This document shows, piece after piece, positions 55,946 through 64,000 of a DNA stretch of 64,000 nucleotides. The position numbers and the translations under genes are program-made. The stretch is from Eledone cirrhosa (Eukaryota): positions 286,254,001 to 286,318,000 of the forward strand of contig OZ024741.1 of NCBI GenBank assembly GCA_964016885.1. The letters run 5' to 3'. The notes under the pieces were generated by a model. The model was given only the letters and a program-made list of their open reading frames with translations, did no database searches and had not been told where the DNA came from. Numbering within the stretch: the stretch's first letter is position 1; each line of letters opens with the position of its first letter.

Positions 55946-55950
<5 letters not shown>
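55192..55950. mobile_element. Non-coding element with direct (496-bp period) and inverted terminal repeats, PLE-pLTR-like (family E)
   Basis: Inverted arms at 55192-55262 and 55275-55345 (one mismatch). 55275-55451 is repeated at 55771-55949. Contains AAAC-GC-GTA, a typical minimal-hammerhead stem III. (TA)n flanks. Confidence 0.65.
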
Positions 55951-55992
<42 letters not shown>

Positions 55993-56118
55993 ATATATGC
56001 CTTTTACTCTCTCCATTTATTTTTAAAACGTGTGCATACATACACATATATATATATATACTGTACCGATTGTGTTGTTATTCCTGTTTACCTTTTACAT
56101 ACATATATGTATATATAT

Positions 56119-56149
<31 letters not shown>

Positions 56150-56154
56150 TACAC

Positions 56155-56246
<92 letters not shown>

Positions 56247-56357
56247 TTATTTGCTGTAATTTGAAAACTGGTCACACATTCCACTGTTCGACACTCCTTA
56301 TTTGATTTGGTTTCGTTTTGTTTTTGACTTTCTGTTACTTTATTCTTTTTTTTTTTT

Positions 56358-56391
<34 letters not shown>

Positions 56392-56555
56392 AAGAGATCT
56401 TAAAGAATTCCATTATTTTTCAGTTATAATATAAAGCGCTCGACAGTAAAGGAACACAATATATGTAGAAGTTATATAGTGGGCCCACTATCCGGGAACT
56501 TCCATCCGACATGGTCGCATTCTTTAATATTTGTTTATAAAACTGATCTATATTA

Positions 56556-56620
56556 TATTTTATCTGATGAAAGCGCACCATAATTTGCTTTGGTGTCCTT
56601 GAAATATGTATAATGAAATA
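56556..56620 (+). ncRNA. Type I hammerhead ribozyme, intact core (family D)
   Basis: Reads TATTTTAT-CTGATGA-AAGcgCACCA-(10 nt)-TGGTGtcCTT-GAAA-TATGTA-TA^ATGAAATA. 8-bp stem I, 8-bp stem II with an internal loop, and near-palindromic stem III. Predicted cleavage after 56612. Confidence 0.8.
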
Positions 56621-57273
56621 AATATGATTTTATAAATATAGTTTCCTTTTGTTAATATATTGTATTTTTACTCCAAAAATGTGTTGAGTGCTTTATATCA
56701 GTTATAAAAATTGTTGCTTGTTATATCCCAACAAATTAAATATAACTTCTACATATATATATATTTTTTTTACTGGCGTCTTTTTCGAAGTATATTTATA
56801 ACTCTATCCAATATTGCTTTCTATTTCTTACTTAGTTTATATAGTTTGTAATTTCATAGACCCGCCAGGTAGCGCAGCCTGAAGTGTTGTTTTCCTTATA
56901 TAAATTCAATTACACATTTCACTTTCTACCCTCATTTAAAGGTATTTTAATCACGTCTTTTATTCTCTTATAGTAGTAGACGATGTCCGTAAGGTAAATT
57001 ACACTAGTAACATTTACAATAGAAATATAAAACAAATGTAAATATATATTATAAATGTGAAGGTGCTACGAGTAGTGGGGTGGAGATACATAACAGAATG
57101 CCGCAATAATATTATTTTTTTATGTTGTGTAAACTTGACGTGTGCACTCTAATGAAAATATCACAAATAATACTGATTTATTTATATATATGGTGACCTA
57201 TATACTCCTGTTTTTTCTCAGATTATTCTTTTCTTTTTTGTTTCTGACACTGCTCACTCTCCTTCTCATTCTA

Positions 57274-57308
57274 TTTACTGAGGAAAGACCAGCGTCCGAA
57301 ACGTTAGG
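57274..57308 (+). ncRNA. Degenerate minimal hammerhead
   Basis: Reads TTTA-CTGAGGA-AAGAC-CAGC-GTCC-GAAAC-GT-TAGG. The core is intact but the cleavage-site nucleotide appears deleted or stem I is shifted. Confidence 0.5.
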
Positions 57309-57776
57309 ATTGTTTTCCTGCTATATCAAGCGTAAAACTAATATATTTTTCCTTGTACTGTGTCGTTTGCTCATAGGAAAAACTAAGCAAGATTTGTTAA
57401 AATTCGAAGAAACATTAGGGTCTCTAACACGTATTGCAACGCTACTCAGTGAAGCATCTCATGTCTTAAAGATATGTTACGCAACTCCATCGGCCACGTC
57501 GAGCACAATAAACTGGTAAGCTGTCTCTTTCATAATTTGTTACGCATATCCACTTTACATAAACGAGAATTAACCTACATAAAACGGATACATGTATTTT
57601 TTTCATATATATATATATATATATATGGGGTGGGGGTTCAGAAAAGAAACGAGATGATATACAACATATACTGCTTGTATATTCTCTTAAACTAGCGGCG
57701 ATGGTTGTACCACCTGCCCTTAAAATTAGTGGTTGTTGAACTTATCCATTTATATTCCTCGTCGCTAGTACTAACC

Positions 57777-58200
57777 TTACTCTCTCTTATGGAGGCACCA
57801 ATTCTTCATAGGGCCATTTGTTGGATCTCTGCATTTGCAGTCAATATTAGATGTATGTGTAGGGTCGTTAAAAACCGGATCCGAATGAATAAAAATAGGT
57901 TTGCTACTAAGTCCTACGCTGTCTATAGCTATAAGGTTATCTGTAATTGCACAGTCTAGTGCACCTAACTTTCCATTTGGTTTCTTTCTTGTTTCTTCTA
58001 AATGGCTATTATTCATCGTAGCTAGGTTTTGCTCTAGATTTTTAGTGGTAGAGTAAGATAGCTTAACAGTATGCCTATTAAAATTTCTAATATTTCTATA
58101 GGATTCGGTGAAACATTTGTTGAGTGCCCTAAACGGTTGACCATAGATTGAGTACCTTGCTTGACACCTTTTAGTGAACTGACCTACTTGCACCAAGTGC
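57777..58200 (-). pseudogene. PLE RT C-terminal/linker fragment
   Basis: FNRHTVKLSYSTTKNL and DCKCRDPTNGPMKNWCL are homologous to ORF 43781-44347. Confidence 0.65.
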
Positions 58201-58858
58201 TACTACCACCATTGTAACTTCTTCTCCTATGTTCACTGACCTACCACTACTATAATCGGTACGACATATACTTGCTTAAAATTATAAACACGTCTTCCAC
58301 GAGAGAAATATCAAAAATAAAAATTAACTTTATTTACATTTGAACTTCCTATCTGGCGAAAACATATTGAATAATTATTGAATAAAGAATTTTTGGTAAC
58401 TTCAAAATGTGCATAACAGGATGATAAAATAAAACCGATGTTGAATATGTGATACCGTCTCTCTCTTTCTTTTCTTAATATTCATACACCGGCTGATATC
58501 ATATACGTAATAACTTGTGGCATCCATGACGTCGAATGCTTACGCCTGTTTAAGCCATTATTAGTCGATTGACTGGGTCAACCAACTCTGATTATCACTA
58601 CATACATATGTGTGTGTGTATATATACATACATATATAAGTGATGATTACCTTATGTCTAGTCAAAAGTAATTGATTCATTATAAATATTGTTATTATAT
58701 GTCTCTTTATCAGTTGATATTATTGTAAAAGTGCATGTCATCAACTAATTTAGATAAGCATTCTATATTTTCCAGTAATAGACATAAATATTTTCCTACT
58801 ATATTAACAAACGTCCATAAATATCAATTTAACGATTTCTTAAATGTCTTCAATCCCA

Positions 58859-58859
<1 letters not shown>

Positions 58860-58915
<56 letters not shown>
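58860..58915. repeat. (TAT)n microsatellite
   Basis: Directly visible; abuts the probable 5' end of the Tx1-like LINE. Confidence 0.95.
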
Positions 58916-59129
58916 GGCGACCTACGTAGGAAATCGTATCATCGTGAGCTCCGCAAAGGCTTGTTGTTTTCGTTTGTTTAAAATTGCCATTTGTGGAAAG
59001 TTTTTGTTGTTAACTGTTTGTAAGGTCACAAAATTTGATTTCGGAAAAGGACACTCAAAATGATTGGGGCATTGAGCCCAAAATTTAAACTTTTATAATT
59101 ATCAAACAAAAGATTTCTTTGAAAAAATC

Positions 59130-60990
59130 ATGGACGACTCACAGCCCCACTTTCCTCACAAACTAACACCTCACACCGACACCACCATTGTAAATATTAC
59201 TACGTTTGCCAACACTAAAAATATAAGCAGTAGCAATAATTTAAATTTGTCTCATGCAGACATTCATTTCCCGCCATTACCAATGATTGCAGGTGTTGAA
59301 GCCGCCACCCCCACCACAGCGACAACAGAAACAAAAGAAAAAAATAAATTATCTCGTGACATCGAAATGGATTCACTCAGAATGGGCTTTTCCACACCGA
59401 ACACCACTGACGCCACTACCACCACAACTAAAACTAAAAATAACAATAACAAAAATAACAATAACAACAACAGCAACAACAACAATGAGAATAACAACAA
59501 AATCATCAACACCGTGTCATTTTCCAAAGCAGCCAAAAAACAAGCAATCCAGGAAACTCAGGAAAAATTAGATAGATGAAGCCAAGAGAATGGTAAAGAA
59601 AGATGGGTACAGGGTCAGTCTCACCCACCCCCGCCCCCACCCCCACCTAATAAAATGGAGCATCAGTGCCTAAGCACCGTGTCTTATCGGACGACTAACA
59701 TAAAATCGCGCCGAGTGGAACGGGCATCCGAGTCCCACATCCAAAAAGCTTTGGGACATGTGTGGGCAAAAAAAACCCACATCAGACGTGGGCAGAAATA
59801 TGGAACCGTCGACGTGTTATTTGGAACACCACAGGAGGCCAGAGAGCACTCCATGGCCCCATTAAGAAGCGACGACTTCACACTCGTCCCAAGCTATTGA
59901 GGCCAGAGACTCGTGAAGATCAGGGTGACCCACGTTCGACCGGACATCGAAATTCCCTGGTTAATGGCTGCCGTCCTCGCCGGCATCGAGGCCAATGCCA
60001 AGGTAATCGAAATAGCAAAAGAAAAGCAGGAGAACTGGTTCGGATCTGGGATGGAGCTCCTGATCCAAGCGGACCAAAAAAGCATTGAGGAGATCCCAGA
60101 GGTAATAGACCTCACTGACGGCAGCCACCTCACCGTAATCGTCGAGGGTAGAAGGCCTAGGTGTGTCGTTTGTGGTGAAGGAACCCACCTAAGGGCTTTC
60201 TTCCCTCAGGCTAAAAGGTTGAGGCCACCTCTCTTACCCACCCCAGTGACTCAACCATCAACACCACCAGCAGCAGAAATGGCAGCAACAACTGTAGCAG
60301 CAACAACAGAAGCAACTGTAGCAGCAACAACCCCAGCAACAGTAGCAAATTTAACACCACCACCAACCAACGCGCCAGAAATAGCACCAGCGCCTACACC
60401 ATCCACCACGCCACAACCAAAACCAACGCCTGGGATTTTCCACTCCCCGACCTCTCGCAACTGGAGATAGATTGTGACGACGAAGAGTGGGAAACGGTAT
60501 CAGGAAAAAAGAAATAAAGAAAAAGAAGCCAAAAAAGAAAAAATTCTCTTCCTTCCCCTCCAAAAACAAAATACAGAGGGAAACAAATGAACTATCAAAG
60601 AAAAAAGTTAGGACAGCTATGCCACCATCCACACAAGCATCACCAATCCCATCACCACAAACACCAACACCATCACCATCATTAACCCCAACACCACCAT
60701 CACCAACACCACAAAAGTCACCAAAGAGCGAAACAGAAACAAACCCACAACAAACGCAAACAAAACAAAACAACCAAAAAGATACACACTACACAGCATT
60801 AAATTTGAACAACCAATTATTACACTACACCCAACACATCACCAGCATCACAGAAAACACCCCAAAAGTTCACACCACCTCCACACATACAAATCACTCG
60901 CATCACACAGAAAATGTACACGACACTAAAACAAAAATTCCCCAAAGACATCGGAGACTTCCGACAAACACTCTACAGGAGGATTTATAA
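59130..60990 (+). pseudogene. LINE ORF1 (RRM-like region, zinc knuckle, low-complexity T/P tail)
   Basis: KYGTVDVLF, KIRVTHV and LTVIVEGRRPRCVVCGEGTHLRAFFP (CCHC knuckle with the last Cys lost). In-frame stops at 59577 and 59898. Confidence 0.65.
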
Positions 60991-61066
60991 GGACATCCTT
61001 CCGGAGGAGCCCACAAGCAGTGAAAAGAATGGACAAACCATCCTTCCTCTACGAGAAGTAAGGTAA

Positions 61067-64000
61067 GTGGTCTTTCCCATCTTTTCCACTCCATTTCAAC
61101 ATTACCTCACTCAGAATAGGCAGCATAAATGCGCGTGGCTTGGGGTCGTCATGGAAGCAGGGCCACCTGCTCAACCACCTCAGGTCACTAAACATAGATG
61201 TAGTGGCCATCAGCCAGACCAGAATCTCCGAAGCATGGGCCTTCGCACCGATCTTCGGCGGCTACAATGTGTACGCATCTCCCAGCCGTCTTGGATCGGG
61301 GGATGAGTTGCTGTGCTTTTTCGGAGAGGTTTGGATCTCGCCATACGGGCCATCTTCCTGGACCCAGAATGTAAGTTGGTGGTACTGGACGTGACCAGTG
61401 GAGACAGGAAAGCTTTCAGGCTAGTGGCCATCTATGCCCCGACAGTAGCAGGGCGGCCTGATTTCTTCCGGCGTCTGGAGACCTTTCTTGGAACGTCCCG
61501 CTCTTTAGTGTTAGTGGGCGACTGGAACGGCATCTTAGATGCACGCTGGGACTGTGTGGGATTAGCGGATAGGGAAGGAGGGTGCAAGAGTCTCACTTAC
61601 CTGCTCAGGCGTTTTGAACTGTCTGACAGGTACCGATTGGATTTCACGAATGTGCCAATGTGGACTTGGACAAACTGCATAGGATCTTCCAGATCATATC
61701 TAGATAGAGTATTTTGTAGGGAAATAGATAGGTCTAGCATAGGCTGTCCAAAATTCAAGATAGTCAGCTACACGGACCACAAATTCGTGATCTGTGTGCT
61801 TGACTTAGATAGGATTCAAAGACGAGGACCCGGCTACTGGAAGCTAAACGCGTCCTTAGCAGCGCGCAAAGCCTACAGAGACCGGATTAGCGAACTAGTT
61901 AAGCGGGCGTTGACGGGGGCCATCGTCAACAACAAGTGGTGGTTTGCTATGAAAAGAGCGATTAGAATAGAATCCATTAGGTTTAGTAAGGCTTTAGCAA
62001 TAGAGAGAAATAGAACAGAGGTAGAACTAGTTAGAAAATTAGACGAGGCGCTTAGCAAAGACATTGCGACCGACGTACTTGCGGCAAAATTGGCCCTTGA
62101 CCAATTCTTCAATGCAAAGCACGAAGGCTGCGTTGTCAGAGCTAGGGTGCGTGCTCCCAGACACGAGGGGACGAAAGCCGTTCAATGGGCCCGAGTGGCG
62201 GAGGCGCGTTGTGGCAACAAAGCCATCATCCGGTCTTTGGTGGAACACGACGGGTGCATGCTACTCGATCCGGGCAAATGTGTGAAGCTTTTCAGCGACA
62301 CTTCGCTCAGCTGTTCGGGAGCAGCGGTGGGCCGGATCGAGGGATGGATTTTAGTGTCTACCTCGACGGACTGCCGCGGCTCTCGGTCACTGAGGCGAAG
62401 TGTTGTGAAAAGCCGATAACAGCCGCTGAAGTACGGGAGGTAATGACTGGCTGCACAAGGGGTAAATCGCCTGGTTTGGATGGTCTGCCCTATGAACTTT
62501 ACGTAGAGACGCCAGAATTGTTCGGAGGCCTCTTGGCAGACGTCTAGTGCAACTGTCAACAGAACGGGAGAATTTCCAGCTCTGTGAGCCGAGGAGCGGT
62601 GGCGCTGCTGAGAAAGGATCCGAACAAGGGAGATAACATAGATAATTTCAGGCCCATAACTCTGCCAAACACAGAGTTCAAGATTTTGGCCAATGTGCTA
62701 GTAAAGAGGTTGGCGCTTGTCGTTGGTGGTCTAGTGGGAGAGGCGCAGATATGCGCTATTCCAAACAGATCCATCCACGACAACCTCTACCTCATACGAT
62801 ACATCGTGGAGAGGGTAGCTAGGGAACCTGGCACAGGTGTGTCTTTGATCAATTTAAATCAGTCGAAAGCTTTCGATAGGGTCGACCATCGTTATCTGGC
62901 GGCAGTCCTGGGGGCAACTGGCTTTGGGCCCGTCTTCAGAGGCTGGATCAATGACATCTGCTCTGTGGTGAGAGTGAACGGTCATCTTTCGGAACCGTTC
63001 ACCATCATGCGCTATGTCCACCAAGGATGTCCCCTCTCACCCCTCTTGTACGTATTGTCTCTCGAGCCATTACTGCACAAACAGGAGACGTTGAGAGGGG
63101 TCCCGCGCGAACTAGGATGCGGAAGATCCGTGTCAGCATATGCGGACGATGTCACCGTAGTGGTGTCGAACGCCAAACACATCGAGGCGATCGGCATTAC
63201 ACTAAGAGAATACGAAGCGGTGACAGGAGCAATAATCAACCATGAAAAGTCGGTGGGCCTGCATCTCGGCACCTGGAGAGGCAGGTCCATGCCGCCCAAC
63301 AGCGTCGTCGGGCGCTGGACGGACGGACCGGTTAAATTGCTAGGGTTCTGGTTCGATCCGGACCCCCAAACGGACAAAAACTGAGATGAGGTGACGAGCA
63401 GGGTGGCTTCTCTCACCCAGAAATGGGCAGAGAGGAAGCTATCCCTGAAAGGTCGAGCTGAGAAGGCGAATGCGTACATCGCGTCCGTCATCTACTACCT
63501 CCTGACCGTCGTCACTTGTCCTAAGCCTCGCCTGACTGCGTTGGAGTGTTTTCTCTTTCGCTTTTTGTAGAAGGGACGCGCTCCGATGGTCAGGCGGCCC
63601 ATCTGCTGTCAACACCCGCTACGGGGAGGGCTGGGCATGCCGTGGCTGATGATGCGCAGACACGCGCTCAGGCTACGACATCTCCACCTCTTCCTCGATG
63701 GTGATCAGGTGTGGTCGCCGTTTGCTAGACGCGTCTTTCCCCAGCTCGTCTCCTTGACGGAGCTGCAGTCCTGGGTCAAGCGAAGACCGAGAGGAAGCGC
63801 TTGGAGACTGGAATGTCTTCAGGCGCTCACAGCCCTCGACCAATCGGGCAATGTGATCGGTGGAAACTCCACTTCGGCGTTCTATAGAGGATTAGTGTAG
63901 GGGAAGAGCGACGACGTACTTGGGGAAACTCTAGGCGTCGACGAAAATCAACTAGCCAATCTCTTCGGAAGAACTTTCGGGCCGGGGCCTATGGTCAACT
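61067..64000 (+). pseudogene. LINE ORF2: APE endonuclease plus reverse transcriptase
   Basis: LRIGSINARGL, IDVVAISQTR, LVAIYAP, LVGDWN, SYLDRV, YTDHK, GPGYWKLN (L1/Tx1 signature), KSPGLDGLPYE, NFRPITL, QSKAFDRVDH, QGCPLSPLLY, SAYADDV and GGLGMP. Several stops and frameshifts. Confidence 0.9.

Larger units (their letters stand above)
58916..64000 (+). mobile_element. Tx1/L1-clade LINE, decayed, continuing past the window end
   Basis: Two-ORF layout with a gag-like ORF1 and an APE-RT ORF2 (see below). The 5' boundary is inferred from the microsatellite edge. Confidence 0.85.

Overview
Eukaryotic, gene-poor, repeat-saturated DNA. The microsatellite load and SINE type suggest a cephalopod (Octopus-like) genome; this is inference. 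I found no intact host protein-coding gene. Most listed ORFs are read-throughs of (TA)n, (TG)n or (TACA)n tracts. The real coding signal is retroelement-derived: (1) a near-intact R4/Dong-type LINE with RT, CCHC and restriction-like endonuclease at 47158-51191, plus a diverged relative and fragments, all abutting (TACA)n; (2) about six decayed Penelope-like elements (PLEs; RT and/or GIY-YIG); (3) two decayed RTE-type LINEs; (4) a decayed Tx1/L1-type LINE running off the right end. Also present are many tRNA-type SINE copies, two MITEs with target-site duplications, a 556-bp tandem duplication and a 19-bp minisatellite. The most striking hidden layer is non-coding: at least 10 type I minimal hammerhead-ribozyme cassettes from several unrelated families, each with its own palindromic stem III. 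Two have complete cores (995-1069 minus, 56556-56620 plus). Many sit in small fold-back mini-elements wedged between (TA)n tracts, with inversion pivots at or next to the ribozyme stems. All calls were made by eye, so boundaries are approximate unless stated otherwise.
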